From contig OZ210884.1 of the NCBI GenBank assembly GCA_964658305.1, positions 1,922,001-1,986,000 of the forward strand: a stretch of 64,000 nucleotides of DNA, written 5' to 3'. Both the position numbers and the translations under genes were made by a program. This document shows positions 1-15,231 of the stretch, piece after piece. Position 1 is the first letter of the stretch; the number at the start of each line of letters is the position of its first letter. The notes under the pieces are model-generated. The model was not told where the DNA came from and made no database searches. It saw nothing but the letters and a program-made list of their open reading frames with translations. Origin of the DNA: Leptogorgia sarmentosa. Lineage: Eukaryota.

Positions 1-3000
1 CAAAAGACACGAAAGCAGAAGACACGAAAGCAGAAAACAAAGAGGAAGATCAATTTAACATGGTATGTCTTACAGTATGTTTGCTTATGAAGTGCTTCTA
101 AAAATCATTTACAAATATTGCAAGGTTTGGTTGTAAAAAACGTATATAGCAGCCTTTATTAGGCCTGTCTTTCTTAGGCATAAGTGACACATGCATACAA
201 GATGTGATCTCACAATTCGCTTTCACAAAAGGTTTTATTTCACATGCAACTTCCTTTTTGCAAGTGGTATATGGGTTTCACGTAGCTAAGATTGATAGAT
301 TCACATATAAATCACCTGTAATCCGCCACTGTTATTAATTGTGGAATATCCTGCGCGTGCTTCCAGGAATATTTTCAGAGTGGCCGTTACGCTAAAGGAA
401 AGTCTATATTAGTCATTGAATGGACGAACCAACATGGCTGCCATAGTCGAGATCTGTATTGTAACTTTGTGCTTCAATATCGATGTCAAGAAGACAAGAA
501 AGACGGAAGTTTGAATGAGCACTCGATGAGAAATGGTAAGAAAGCAAATGCCGTTTGTAACCATATCAGGTGATGGCTGACGAAATTATTCCGACAGGAG
601 GGAAAAAAAGATTTCAGCCACATTGCGACCAAATGAAAATCTGGCAATGACCGCCATTGCATCAAGTTTGCAACGTTGCAAATGTTTTGCAAATTTACAA
701 AAAAATTCAGAGAAAATACACTACTAGACTTGTGCTATTGAAAGCTTATTTGCGAAAATTTGAGCCTATACCCTACTCCTCTCAATGAAAAAGGATTTTT
801 ATTGGCGAAAGTTTTTTTTTTAAATTTGAACATATTTCGCACCCTAAAAAAAACCCACGCAGATTTTTATCGGGTTGCAAACTTAGTACAAATCCATTAT
901 TTCATCAAACATTCAATTTCAATTGAGTTGAAAATCTTTTCGTTATGCAAATGGTTGCGTAAACCTTTGTTGAATTAAGATACGTGCACACGCTACGATT
1001 TGTCAAGCACGATTCGAAGTCAGGACGACGTAATCGAGTGAGCCCGCACGAGACACTCATATTTCCAGTTACGATTCAATCTTAACGAAATAGAATGACA
1101 GTGTCAGAATTGTTTTTCATATACGCCAGACTATCAATCGTGCCCAAAAAAATCGCAATGTCCAAACGTAGCTTTATCTCGTTTAATAATATACATAAAA
1201 GAATTACTCGACTGTGATTGGTTCATTTCATTGCAGTTAATCCCAAATCACAGTGCAACTTTCAGTAATCACAGTGCAATTTTTTGTAATCACTTTGACC
1301 CAATCAAATTAGAGCTCAAGCTACAGTTTTCATCAAAACAAAATAAACATGGTGGCCGCGTTAAACAAATTAAAAATTGTCTTCGAGTCGAAAATATAGG
1401 TTTTATCTTTCTCTTATGACGGAAAACACTATATCTCAAACAAGACTAACAAAAGTTACGTGTTTGGGCGAATTTTTGAAGCAGTTATCGCTGTAAAATG
1501 GGAAATAAACCAAACAGGAAAACTCTGCCGGTGAAATTTCGCTTTGAGACGTAAGTTAACACAACAATTGTCTCGAATACTTTCATACGAACTATTAACA
1601 AGCAATAGTATGGTTTCTCATGCAATTTGGAATTAACATACACTCCTGAGGCCTAGGTTAAACGTCGGACTTTTCATGCGCCGAACCTAATGTTAATGAG
1701 CAAAGTTCTTTGTTTGAGCTCATTTCGACGTTTGACGTAGGCCTGAGTTTTCCACGCAAAGACCTGAAATAGCACTCGTCCTTCTGACTCGTGCTATTTA
1801 GAGGTCATATTAATAATGCTACTGCACTGCAGCTATAATGCGCCATTCGAAATTGGATAGTTGATATTTTGTGACGCACCTCGTTAATGTCATTTTAATT
1901 GTTTGCCTTGTTGCGACGTCCTGTTTTATTGCACATGGTGGAAAATTCGTAGAATCTGTAGAACTGGCGGAGTGTTTACACACTGTTTGTTTAGTGTTTT
2001 TCGAATGCGATATCATTATGAACACAACAGCACCTTTCTCGTTGAAACCTGTCCACTGGTTTGTTTTTTCGTTCACATAGGATATACAACAAAAACCCCG
2101 GAATATAGTAAGGAGAATAAGCCGTTCAAAAGTCGCTCGGATAAGGACAAGAAGTTAAAAAAAGATTCGTCCCAATTTTCCAGAGGTCTTCATGAATCCT
2201 GGGAATGGTATGATAAATGCAACAAAAGAAAGCGTAATGGAGGTATGAGGCTTGAAGGATAAAAAGTCATTCTGTTGAATTATTCTGTTTTCTCATACCT
2301 GAGAAAATATTTTGCATTCACATAATTGCTATTTTATCAAGAAATATACGTAGCGATGAGGTAGCCAAACAAATTTTTGGTATATTGCATTAGCATACCT
2401 GCAAAAATTGCTTATCAACGGTATGGGCGGCAGGCATTGGAGGTTGAATTATTTACCAATACCAATGAATGTTGTTTTGTTTAAAGGATTATTCACTGCT
2501 GATCAGCAGTTGCAAGGCGACACAGCCAAGTATACTCGACAAAATGCAAATGGCGGCCGCAGTGGTTACGAATGTCCTGAGGAACGGGATTACTATCCGT
2601 ACTGGCATCCCACTGACTGGATCGATATAGCTGTATATACCCCCAGTAGGCGTAACTGCGGATATTACCAGAGAGAAAGTTTTAATGTTAAGCCTAAAGG
2701 TCAGTAACATTAGTTATATGGTCCCGCTAAGTATTTGATTACTATAATAAATCTCCCACCTTAAATATTTCTAAGAAAAATGTGCCCCTTCATTCCTTAC
2801 CACCACAACATCTGCTTTGTTTATAATGAACAGTCCCTTAATAGACTTTTCCTGACCAAACTGTAACCCGATCGTATATCTCACACGTTGCGTGAAGGGT
2901 GCATATCAGCATCATGCAAGTGCACTAAAATGATTTATCTTGCGAACACAATTTCGGTTCACCTATGTATCTCAGGGGCGCCGCCAGGTTGTTAAAGATG

Positions 3001-6000
3001 GGGGTGGATGCGCGGTGGGGATCGAAGAGGTGATATTCCCAGGGGGTTGGGGAATACACGCGAGAAAATATTTGTTTCTGGATTCTCTAAACGTCTATTT
3101 TTAGCATTTTCAGGTAGGTATATTAATAATTTAAAGCCCACATAATTGGAGATTTCTTAAACTACAAAATCGCATAGGCTGCTGAACACCCATTAGTGAA
3201 CTTTAATTGGAAACACATTCCAATATTTCACGAAGGCAATTTTCTGTTCTTAGTCAATTGATTATCTCAAATGATATGAACTAGCATTCTGAATAATTGT
3301 ACTCCGCCTCCCACTTTTCACTTCAGATTTAGTACAATCTCAAAGTTGGTCATTAAAATAACCGGGGGGGGGGTCTTAGAATCAGCTTAAGTCAATGTTA
3401 TTGTATCATTTCACTTCATTTAAGTACTAGTACTTTGCAAGATGTCCCAAACTGCTTGTTAAGAACTCAAAGCAATCAGTGCCCACAATTCTTATTTACA
3501 GCCTGATCTCACACATGGCAGAATTACATGTAAAGCAAAATATTCATTAATAAGCACACATACATGATATGGAATCACGCGTGGGACAACCGTCTGGGCA
3601 CTAGGGGAAATGTGGCGTTCGCCCACCAAGAAAATTACTTGTTAGCTTCACGTCATGGTTTTTGCCCCGCACTAAATGTATTTCACTTGTATTGGTACTG
3701 ATCATAATAATGCAATCTTGATTCTTGGTGAGAACATTATTCAAAAGCTAATACGCTAAAGATTCCACAAAACTACAATGCCCTTGAGCAAAAAATAGCC
3801 TAGTTATCCGCAGCTATTCCCGCATGAAGTTCTGCAAACCCAAGGGGTAGGGGAGAGCGAGAGTCGTGCGAAATTTCATCCTTATGTTCAAAGATTATCT
3901 TTCGCCATCTCTAAAATAAATTACCCAAATACATACAGTTTAAAATGGTTTGTGGACAATAGTTTGAATAATTATTCGGTCGCTGTTTATTGAATTTTGA
4001 TCGTTGTAGATGGATTATATGTCTCCAAGTTAATTTAAAATTTTATTTCCTTTGCTACAGCGGAATGTCTTGAATACTACGATTCAACAGAAAAGGAAAA
4101 AGGTTTCCGCCACGTCTCTTCCTTCAACAACAAAGCTGAATGCGAAGACAATGAAGGCTTCTGGGTTTCATTCCGGAATTATCTAGAAGAATACCCCAAA
4201 GCAGATACAGAACAAAAATGTAAACGTGCCGCCAGTTCTATGAAACTTCCTCTTATTTGGGCCATTCCTTATCGATCGGAAGAAATTGATAATTTGAAAA
4301 TAGTTAATGGCGATGTTGAAACCTTGAAACGATGCCTGGTAGCACTTCCTCGACCCGCATGTCATAAAACTCCACATACAAGAGCTAATCATTTGGGAAA
4401 TACTGCTCACGTTGTTCCTGCCCGTTACCATTGGGTTATTCCTCATTTTCCGTCAAATAAAGACCAAAGATGCGTATTACGATTGAGGTTAGTGATAGAA
4501 ATGTTTTACATCATGCCATCATGTCCAAATTTAACCATGCAGTAATGGTTAAATTTCAAACAAATTTTTAAGAAATGAATTGAATGAATGGAATGAATTG
4601 TAAACCTTTCAAAAAGAAGACACGCTGTACCAGATGTATAAACAATAATTGGTTACTTTAGTTCGGAGAATTTATTTACCTTGTGGCAATGCTAGTCAGA
4701 CAATATGTCGACACCAATTTTGGCTGAATTTTAAGATCCACCACGACAGCTAAAAATAGCAACTCAAATTTGGTTAAAAAAATTTACATTGTTGGGACGA
4801 AACTTTGCAGTTTGAATAATTTGAACACTCTTCATTATGCTCGAGCGACGAGCGTATAATCCCGGAGCGATGGTAATAAATCCCAGGCTAATCTCACATG
4901 GGAAGATAAAATTCATTTTTTTCATTTTGGGTCAGTCGTAGATCATCAAATATGGCAAATAGAAAAACTACCACTATGTTCTATAAAATAATTTTCCATG
5001 GTACTCCTTCGATAACACACCATTTTTTTAAGATTTGCTTTTTAGAGTAGGTTTTTTAATCGGGTGAAAATATCGAGCATGTTGTGCAAGTTTTCAATGC
5101 TTTGTGCAATTTGGTTGACAAAGCGTCAATCGTCATAATTAGATTGACTCCAAGTGTAATTTGAGTTTAAAAAAATGAACGAGCTGTTTGCCAATTCAAT
5201 TGTCATTCACATGACGACAGTAAGTCGAAGGCTAGCATTTAAAATACATGTATCCGATGAAAAAACCCCCGTTGTTTATTCATTTCAAATTAAAATCACG
5301 AATTAGCAACAAAAATAAGCTTTTAGTAATTATGGCTGACGGGATGTACACAGAAATTCTTCCTCTAAACGAAAGGCGAAAAATGCCATTGCTCTTTTTT
5401 TAGCAAAAATATTCAAATATCGGAACCAAATGAAACACGTTGGAATGGAATTAGCTATGCATTTACTATTTTCGAACTTATGAAGGAGATGATCACCCCA
5501 TATGTTCTCATGTTTTCTCCACTTTCTTTATAGATATAACATTTCCACGGGGGATTACCCACCATACAGAACGTTCAGTGATAAAAACAATGATCCGTAA
5601 GTATTGTGGTCTAAATTAATTTTTTTTTACTGCATTTCCAAAAGCGTATCAAACTCATTGTACTTGCACATTTGGTAGTGCATCCCGTTTTTGCAATTTG
5701 ACGCACGTTCGTTACTATTTACAAAATAATTTATTTATGAAATTAGCGTGTCACATGTGAAATGTTATGTGAATATTCCGTGAGGGCAGCAAGCAAAAAA
5801 GAGTATTAAATAGAAAAGAGATAATTGTGAATTTGAACATGAAATATCAGTCGAGAACCCAGATATGTCGAGAACGCAGAAAACAGTTTGTATGAAATTG
5901 AAATGAAATTAAAAGAAGTCGATATGCAACCTCCATATGGTCGGAAAAATCATCTCAAAATAATATGAATTAACGTATCAAAATAATTGAATTTTAGTGT

Positions 6001-9000
6001 AATTTTCAGTTAAGTTGTGCCTGGTGCATGCTGAATTTGTATAACAGGCTCAAATTCATACCCAAACCATCGCTATGGGCGGTCAAAGCAGCATTTCGCA
6101 ATACAAACTAGCTATAACTAGAAATACATATATGCAGCAACCCCTCGCCTTACTAACCAATTAATGCAACTATATTTTTGGAAAATGAAGTACTTCAAAG
6201 GCTGCCTGATGTTGTTGTCATGGCAACACGATCGGAAATTCATATTTCTGTATTTTTTTGAAAATAGTCAAAATATATCAGCTTTTATCTTTATTTTATT
6301 GGCATTTTTTTTTTTAATTTCGAGAACCATTTGTTATCCGTACGTTATTAGGACTAATATAAACTTGAATTTGGTGCGAAATACTACATTTATTTGCATA
6401 AAACGGTTTAAATAAGTCAGTTTTGATATGAAACAATTTCCAGCCAATGTTCGCTCGTGTTCTTTTGGGGTAAAGTTTGTAAATATTTTGTAAAGTCTTG
6501 CCTTTAAAATGATAAATTTATACTTTAGAATTGAACCGTGAATAGGCTCTCGCAAATGTAATTTTCATAATTGAAGGGAAAATCGTTGATAAATTTAAGG
6601 CGAGAACTATAAAATCAAAAGAATATTCACGCGCCAAAAATGTTCAATATATGTAAATGAGTAGGGCAATGTCATAGATGAGTCTGGTATGTGTCAAAAG
6701 ATTTGGAATAAATACGGTAGGGTTTAACTGCAGAATAAAGAAATCACCATTCAGGAAAAAAAATCACCATTCAGGCAAAAATCTCACCATTCAGGCAAAA
6801 AAATCGATCCCGTGTACGTGTTGCGCTGCATATATTCTTTCCCTCGAAATTCCGAAGAAAACCTTTCTGTTCGAGAAAATGAGTCGGGCAAAATGTTTTG
6901 TAAAATGCTTGATCAGGAATTTTAAGTTATTCCGTGATTAACTTAGCAGAAATGAGATAAGCGCCAAGAGAGAATAAAGAATACTGCTCTTATATTGTGC
7001 AATGACTTTCTCAAGGAAAATTGTACAATAATTATTCGTCCGGATCTGCTTGTTCAAAGCTACTGTAGGTTAACGCTAAACCCGGGTGGAAATTAAATTC
7101 AACCGATAAATTATTCGGTACGTCAATTTAGCTACTACGGAACTTCAAAGAAGAAACCTCGTGTTAATCCAGACAAGATTTCTGAAGAAACATTTCTAAA
7201 TTTACAGACAGTATACTGGGAAATATGTTTAGATCAGATTTTTCGTTAACCCAGGTTTAAGTTAACCGCTTTATTAAACAACTGTCCCCAGAGACGTCGC
7301 GAGGTTGTTGAAGCTGAGAGAACACGGTGAGCAACGAAGATGTGATATTTCCAGTGGAACTTTGGCGCATACTCCCGAAAAATGTTTTTGAATAATGGTC
7401 TCTCCTAAATGTTATTTTTAGCATTTTTTTACTCTGTTATATTGACAATCGGAATGCCTGTTATCGCAGGGTTTCTCCAAAAAACAAACGTTGAACAGAC
7501 TGTCAAACACACATTATTGAAAAATAACTGGACACACACTGCAGTATTTCACAAAGGCAACTTAGCTACTGTCCTCACCTAATCGATTATCTCCAATGTT
7601 TCTGCACTGAAATCAAATAGCATTTTCAATATTAAAAAACTGGGTGAGGGGGGATTCTCGACAGTCCCCTTTCGGGCGGTGCTCCGCTCACACCTGAAAG
7701 AGAAAGATCAAAATTATAATAAGACTTGGGATGACTTGTCATTTCAGTGCCACTAGTTTTTTTTTGCCTGTTCACTCGACTGCTCTGATCCTAGAGAGAC
7801 AGTTATTACAATATTTATCTTCAAGAAACCTATTTATTTTCTTTAGTGGTAATGGTGTAAACTCTCCAATCCAAAACAACCCAACAGTAAACGTCGGCAA
7901 ATTCAAGCTCCCATTGAAGCTCGCTATCAACACAGCTCAATTTGGACGCACATTTCAAGATCGTTCACACTTGTTCAAGCTCGTAAAGAGGCCTTCGGGT
8001 GTGTCACAGAGAAACCCCATAATTAATCTGAATGTTCGAGGGAAACGGGGGAATATCGTACAAGTTTATCCAGCGGTCGAATACGACTTTATTCCAAAAT
8101 TCATGAGTATTCCAAGTACATGTATGGTGCACGTCCAGTGGACAGGTAAGTTGTTGTTGTCGTTGCAAAAGTTTTGAAGTTTAGGTATAATTATTAAATT
8201 ATACAGTAGTATTAAATGAGTATAGACAGTTGCGTGCAATACCGCTGGGAAATAAAATTTGTATCTTTAGTTAGTGCATGCGCTATTTTTCACACATGAA
8301 ATTTGCTGCATGGGCGTTCTGCATGATTGGTCATACGATTTCTTTCACTATTGGATATTTGTCGGATGAGCGTTTTCATTGAAGGGCGTTCTTTTGCCTC
8401 CACCGGTTTGCAGGTTAGTGTAGAGTCTGATTTTGCGAACTATTTTGGGAGAGATTTATGGAATTTTCACAAATTATTACTCAATTGAAACAAACATGTT
8501 TGGTCATAAAGAAAACGTTTAGGGCTTCATTAACTTGAAATAAAACTCCTGCTTGAATTTTCATATTCTTTTCAAAAGTACACTCCATATTTATTTTAAA
8601 GACATTTTTTATTTACCTACGCTTTTGGCTGTTTTTCGGAGAGGTCCGGTTGTATTTTACCGCAGGCCGGATGCATTTCACAGCTGGCCGGATGCATTTC
8701 ACCGCAGGTCGGATACAAAAAAAACGCCCCGCTGTGAAAGCCGTATTAGCCACTCAGATTGCTTCATTCTCATTTATTTCTGTGGTATCTAAAAATACTA
8801 TTTCAGCATTTTAAAAAGGGTATATGTGCCCTCCCGGTTATCACCATAATGGCCTTATGGCAACTCCTGAACTTGGGCACAGGATGTACGGTTACACATT
8901 GAGGAAGGATAGCATTGTGGAGTCACCAGAGTGCTCAAACTGCGAGCGGAGAGCAATGCATATTGCAAATAGTGAAAGTCTAATAAATACTCTCCTCCCA

Positions 9001-11657
9001 ATCCAAGAGAGTGCTCAAACTGCATGAGCAGTGAGCGAAATATACAAAACGTATAACAATGTGCCCTCGATTTTAACCCTTCAGATTTAGAACGATCTCA
9101 CGGAAAACAACTGACAACTTATTGGCAAATAGTTTATTATGCAAGCGTTGACGTCAAGCGTATATACACTGCTCTATGTCACATAAAGTTCACAAATATT
9201 AATTATTAAGTATTTCAATGAATATTGCAAGAAAAGTATGGAAATTGAATATCTTTCTTCATACTACTCTTTCTAGTTGCTGCCAAATTCAAAATGGTTA
9301 TACTGCAACGTAGCCTTTTGTTGTTGTCTTTTGGAATAAATATAATTATTTTGAAATATGTTATAACCAACATATATTATAAAACTGAATAAAATATTCA
9401 ACGGTCGGAGTACTGATATAAAAACAATAAACTAACAATCACTTACTTTCCAGGATCGAACAGCAATCCACAAGACAACGATGGACAAGGTACTGCAGGT
9501 AGGTTTAAACGGATTTGATGAAAATTTACAAGTTGCAAGTTTGAAACTCTGGAAACGTCCATGAGTTATCTTTAACTATTCACATACTTTCATTTAATTT
9601 TTAACAATTATTGAATGAGTTTGAGCACGACCTGAAGAATTACCAAGCTCGAAGTTGTCGTTATAAACCGAGTCCGATTTTGATATCGTTAAACTGAGTG
9701 GGCTTGATAATTGTTTAATTCAATAATTGTTTCACTGTTTAATTGAAATATTCAAACGATTTCAGCACATTCCGCACCTGCCTCTGACCGTTCACCCTTA
9801 ACGGTGGTAAATATGTTGTTGTATACATAAGTGTCCTATTCAGTTCCGAAAATATCATGTTAATTAACGGTTAAAGGAATACGTAGACTTCATTGATGTT
9901 CGGGTCTTATCCACCGTTTAAGCTAAATGGGCTACGACAACCAGCAAATGTGTCTTAAATTCCTCAAAATAATATAAACTTCTTTTCCTCTTGAAAAAAC
10001 GATCTTACGTTCTCCTTCAAAGTACTCTTTCAATCCATGTCAAGATCTTTGCTCGTTGTGATTGTTTTATTTTTCCAGGGTTTTTTCCCATTTTTAATTT
10101 GTCCAAAAATTTGCGAAAAGACGGCGCCATATTGTTTTCATTCGTGTTCATAACAATGACGTCAGTGAGTCAATGTGATGCTCGTCATCATCATCATCAA
10201 TTTTTTTTCTTCATATTGACCATTAGACGACATTTTGCTGCTGTGAATGTCTAGATTCCATATTCGATAAGCTATTGAGTTGATATGACGAACTCACCAT
10301 TCGCTGTTCGCAAATCAGGAACGAGGAATACTTGAAATCAATAATAAATATATGTTATTTACCGGCTGGGAGGTCCGTACTGGAAAATATTTTGTCGAGG
10401 TCTCAAAAACGGCCCGAGGCCGAAGGCCGTGGGACGTTTTTGAGACCGAGACAAAATATTTTCCAGTACGGACCGACCTAAATGGTAAATAACTTATTTA
10501 TTTTTTTTCCTCGATGTTATGATAAAATTCGTCAAAAATTCCAGTGTTGTGAACTAGATTTTGAGATCAGTTTGTCTGTTTACTTTGCTACTCTATCGCA
10601 AGTATGGCTGCTAAACAGCCAAGACGAAGTGAGAAAAAACCCTTCAATATTGACGCATTTTCTTCCATATTCACGCATTTCCACTTAACATTACGATGAA
10701 AAAGGTAAACTTGTTAAAATTATTTATTTTCCCGGTCGTTTCACGATACAAACATGGTTAAAATACGCTTTAGACAGCGAAATATTTCGCCGAGAATGTT
10801 TTGTTTTGTTCATACTGGTGAGACTTTGTTGATACTTATGAGTTTTTGTCGCTGTAAATACCCCCTAAAATATCCCTTAGCATAATAAAATGAACTTTCA
10901 TGTGTTCTTTATCGCCTAAACTCGTTTTGAATATTTTAATAAGTGGCCATTCAATTTTAAAAAACAAAAACATTGGCTATATTTGTAATTAAATCTACGA
11001 GAATGCATGCGAGCGGTCCGTAAAGTAGGTTACGGACCGCTCGGCAACCAATCAGAAAGCTGTATTTAGGTTACGGACCGGGAGTTACGGACCGGAAAAA
11101 AATAATTACTGTTATTATACATTTAATATTTATTCTCGTCCCTGATTGGTCAGAAAGCACCGGTTAATTCTCGGTATTCGGTAATTATTACGTATTTTCC
11201 TCAGCTTCGCTTCGGCAGATAACATTGACCTCGGTCTGAATAATTCTTGATGTCATGCTCAGCCTCATCCAATAATTGTTTATTTTCGTTGGCAGGTACA
11301 GATCGCAGCAACATAGTTCAAACCAAACACCCTTCTGTGAATTATCCTTTGACCTCGGAAGAAGCATCAACACTGTTCTCAAAGGCCAAAATTATCTGGT
11401 CAAGTAGTGAAGAAACGAAGACAAATGACGATCTTGCAATAAGTATGGCTTCAGCTGGTTATTACGAAAGTGTTTCCAGTTTGAGCAAAAAGTCGACAGC
11501 ACTTGATACCGAGTTAAACAACGCCCCAGCATCGTATCGTGGCATGTTATTGAGCTTCCAACCTGGCAGCTATTACTACATGTGCTCAAGAAATAACAAC
11601 TTCAGCAATCGTAATCAGAAGGGGCGAATCACAGTGAAGAGGTCACGGGGCAAATAG
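1..11657 (+). CDS. DD3-3-like protein, copy A (5'-partial, no FN2 cassette)
   Basis: GT-AG exons in consistent phase: <1-62, 367-535, 2081-2242, 2487-2699, 4061-4487, 5534-5596, 7847-8145, 9454-9498, 11296-11657. Translation includes [69 protein letters not shown]. Several exon lengths (213, 63, 299, 45) match the paralogs. Family recognised from memory of Dictyostelium DD3-3 homologs. Confidence 0.9.
1185..1812 (+). mobile_element. Non-autonomous palindrome-ended repeat (family also at ~19490-20000 and ~61710-62110)
   Basis: Three alignable copies (AAAGAATTACTC..TGATTGGTTCATTTCA..AAACATGGCGGCCG..) with a terminal hairpin at 1761-1806. Confidence 0.75.
1650..1743. mobile_element. 94-bp PIF/Harbinger-type MITE nested in a larger repeat
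   Basis: TIRs GGCCTAGGTTAAACGTCG / CGACGTTTGACGTAGGCC with 3-bp TSD TGA (1647-1649, 1744-1746). A related end occurs at ~50845-50870. Confidence 0.7.
6740..6805. repeat. Three tandem copies of AAAATCACCATTCAGG
   Basis: Directly visible. Confidence 0.8.
8640..8716. repeat. 21-bp tandem repeats (CCGCAGGCCGGATGCATTTCA-like)
   Basis: 3-4 degenerate units. Confidence 0.7.
10345..11105 (-). mobile_element. Non-autonomous element with a 140-bp imperfect palindrome
   Basis: Palindrome 10353-10493 centred on CCGAAGG; CCAATCAG near the far end (11048); TTACGGACCG subterminal repeats. Confidence 0.7.
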
Positions 11658-13003
11658 AATTCTCTGTCCGTTTTTTTTTACAATAAGAAATCTCCCGCTT
11701 GCTTCTTCTATGTAGCTTGATAATTAAATTCCGTGCACAAGTTTGATTTAATTTTTTTTTTCTTATGACACAAAATTTCAAGGAATTAAAGTTTTTCAGT
11801 GCTGGTTAGCGCAAACATTAGGTTGAAATTGAACCCACAGTTTTGGTTTCTGCTACACGTCCGTAGATTTGGAACTTAACAAACAAAACTATACTATTTG
11901 TCCAGAGAAAATGTGTGAAGGAATATTTGCAAGATTATAAACAAACCGCTGGGAAATTTGCTTTGAATTTCACGTTAACCCAGGATTAAGCTAACCGACT
12001 CTTGAACAACTGGCCCCTTATCTGCTTCAGAATGGCAAGAAGGATTTATAAAGTTCGTAATCTACACCACGTAATTAAATAATCGCATGGTAAAATTATG
12101 AGATAAGAAAATCACGTGGTGTAAACTACAAACTTTATAAATATTATCTTCACCATGCAAACATAAAATGAAATGAAGGGAAATAATGTTCTCTTGACCA
12201 GCGATGTAGTAAAAATTGAACTTCTTCGCAAATTTTTCAACTTCGATTTCGCGTGAATGAAGCGGCAAGCAAGATTTCTAATTGTACTCTAGGCAATATA
12301 ACAAGCCCATTTTTTGCACTATATATTATATACTCACCATTTATGCTATTTGTTATACTTTCTTTTTTCAACATATTTGAACGTTGGATTAATAGTTATT
12401 TTTTGGTCTGCACCAAATATATCCTTAACGGTGCATGAACAACAGGCGTTGCAGGCACTATATTTGTTATGCATGCTGTTTCTACTAATTCGAATGCACT
12501 TTTGCGATTGTATGGCTTCTTTAATAAATATATTCAAGAAATTGAATTCTCAACGCAAGGTTTACTTTTGAAAAGTTATGTCTCTGGTCTCTCAAAATGC
12601 GTTTGGTTTGACTGTGTATAGAAAGTGTCGGTTGAGACATGCTCGTGTTCTGCATCAGTCGTAATTGTAGCTTTCATTGGCGCGGCGAGTGTAGCTATAT
12701 CCAAATTATCGAACATCAAATTGTTGAATTCTAATTTGAAATATATTGAAAAAGAAACTGTTTGAAAAACAATTGAACTTATTCATAAGGAATTCGTTTG
12801 GCAGAGCCCCAAAAAGTAGTTGCCGAAATCAATGTCAGGGGGAAAATGATCTGAACAAGAAAATGGATCGGTTCATGCCAGTTGGCTGTGCTGTTACTTC
12901 ACGTATAGCGAATGAGATTTAGCATTTAGAGCAAGCCCTATACGTGTAGCCTGCGTCCCATTGCGCATTACTCCAAGTGGCGAATCTTAATGCATCGTTT
13001 AGG

Positions 13004-13421
13004 CAGGTCCGTAACTAGCACATAGGTATTGGGGGGGGGGGGGGGGAGAACCCTACATTTTTGAATAATTTTCCCCGTTCTAATCACGCAATCACAGTAG
13101 TATCACATAATCTTACCAACACTATTTATTAAACAAATATAGAAGAGTAAGTGCGCACGCGTAAGTTATACTAAGCATAGCATCTACGTAATGAATTTGA
13201 CCGAAAGATATTTGCTACAAGATAGACATGCCACAAGTCGACCTATTCTAGCTGCAAAAGTGCACAATTTCTGACAACTTACAACATGTGTAATCTTTTT
13301 AGAAAATGTTTGCCTCCATATTTTCCGAATACTGTAGGATTGGTAATTTTCCAAATAGCACGATTCTCAAAATGTTTGCGGGGTGCTGCACCCCCCAATA
13401 CCCCACTTAGTTACGGACCTG
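13004..13421. mobile_element. hAT-type MITE
   Basis: TIR CAGGTCCGTAACTA / TAGTTACGGACCTG, inner G/C tracts, imperfect 8-bp TSD CGTTTAGG / CGTTCAGC. Confidence 0.75.
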
Positions 13422-14128
13422 CGTTCAGCTAGCGTGTATAACTTATTGTTGAAGATGAAATTGATATTCTTCTGTAACGTTTTATATTTATCCACTTTTT
13501 TTTGCCTTCCGGCAAATACATCGGAAAATTTATTCCTTTTATTCACTTTAAATAGACTAAACACTAACCTCCTTTCTCGGTAGAGAGTGTGTTTGCAGCG
13601 CAATAATTTTTTTCTCATTTGGAATCAGTTGCGATATTTGGGAAAAAAAATCAGGTTAATTAATATATATTTTTCTAGTCTTTATTTTCAGTGCACGTGT
13701 CACATGCGGAATTCTTCCTATGTATAGGAACACTTTCGTTACCTATTAATGATAATAATTATGAAATATTAACTTCATTTTGTAAATTGACCTCGTTTTA
13801 TCGTCAAACATGCTTTGAAAAGAAATAATTTCTTGCTGTTGTTTGGGGTGCAAGGCCTATTAGCGAGCCAACAATCGTAGCTATTCAAACTCTGATACCA
13901 AAACACTTATTTTATCCGGTTCTATAAGGAAATTTCCTCGTTCACAGACTCGCTTCATTAAAAAGCTGTTAAAATTCCCATGCTCATAGAAGAAAGATGT
14001 TGCGGAATATTCAGAGCATGAGGAAAAAGTCATTCATGTCAGAGAGAATTCATAAGGCTTCGTTATCATATAGAGCGAAATTTGAGTGGAATTTGTGCGG
14101 TTGCAAGAGAAAAAGAAATCTTTCAGCC

Positions 14129-14240
14129 GTGTTGGTTTGTGTTGTGTTGTGTTTGTGTTGTGATGTGTTGTGATGTGTTGTGATGTGTTGTGATGTGTTG
14201 TGTTGTGTTTGTGTGGTGTTTTGATGTGTTGTGCTGTGGT
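14129..14240. repeat. (GTGTT)/(GTGTTGTGAT)n microsatellite
   Basis: Directly visible. Confidence 0.9.
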
Positions 14241-15231
14241 ATGTATGGGGGACTGAAGATGAATTCCCCCAAGATAAAGTGTTCAGTTTGGACAGAGCAA
14301 CCCTAATTGAACAATTATTATAAATTGAACAACTATATTACAAACATATTTTTCATCTTTCAAGAAAAAATTAGCAGTTTCTTTTCCTGCTTACTTTTCT
14401 GTAGTCGTCAGATTACTATTTATGCGGCTGCAATTAGAAACGCTGATAGTTTACACATTTTACCAGGGTTTCCAAAATGGAAGAAAATAACTTTCCAATA
14501 GTGGCCACCACTGTGAACTGAGGGGTGAATTTCATTAGTGCATAATTATTGTACAATCTTCATTCCTACATGAGGAAAGCCGTATTTAAATCAGCAGTGG
14601 AAATCCTACTTTATACATTATACATTATACACGAGATACGTTTTTTCTTTTCCGGGGGGGGGGGGGGGGGGTAGAAGTTGAAAGGAAATGATCCGCAAAA
14701 ATGTGGTTAGTTATCAAAAGCGAATTCCTTGAATAAAAACAAAGAATCGGTCAGAGATTTTTTGTGTGAAATGGAATTTATTGGAAAAATGTTACTGTGT
14801 GTATTTAAACTACTGCGTAATAATATTCATAAACGAAGGTTCAATAAGCTTCATCACTACAGACCCTGCTATGTTCTCGGTAATTCTCTAGTGGCTAATA
14901 TTACGTTTACAACGATGATAATAATACAAAAGTAAGTAATTAAGTGCAAATGATAATATGGAATACGTTTGGTATATGCCGTAAAGTACAATTAAAAATC
15001 TCGCCTGTCTCATTATTCTCGTCTTTTTGTGGTTGGCTTTTGGTATATTATATGAAAAATTATTGCTAATATTGGCAATTTTTGGGAACGAGCATTTTGT
15101 TACAGGGAATTAAATAAATCAGCAGTAATGAATAATGGCTTTTTCAATCAATATCGAAAAAAATGAAATTAAAGGGCATGGAAGAGGCAAGCAGAAGATT
15201 TCTTATTGTAATACAAAAGTAGCAAGTACGT

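Noticed and set aside
2489..2710. Antisense or alternative-frame ORFs over DD3-3 exons (also 4183-4446, 17639-17821, 18358-18546, 60726-60911)
   Set aside because: Shadow frames of real exons. Their recurrence reflects paralogy only.
8812..9030. [26 protein letters not shown]
   Set aside because: Intronic, with no compatible splice context and no counterpart in the paralogs. Probably a dispersed repeat that I cannot classify.
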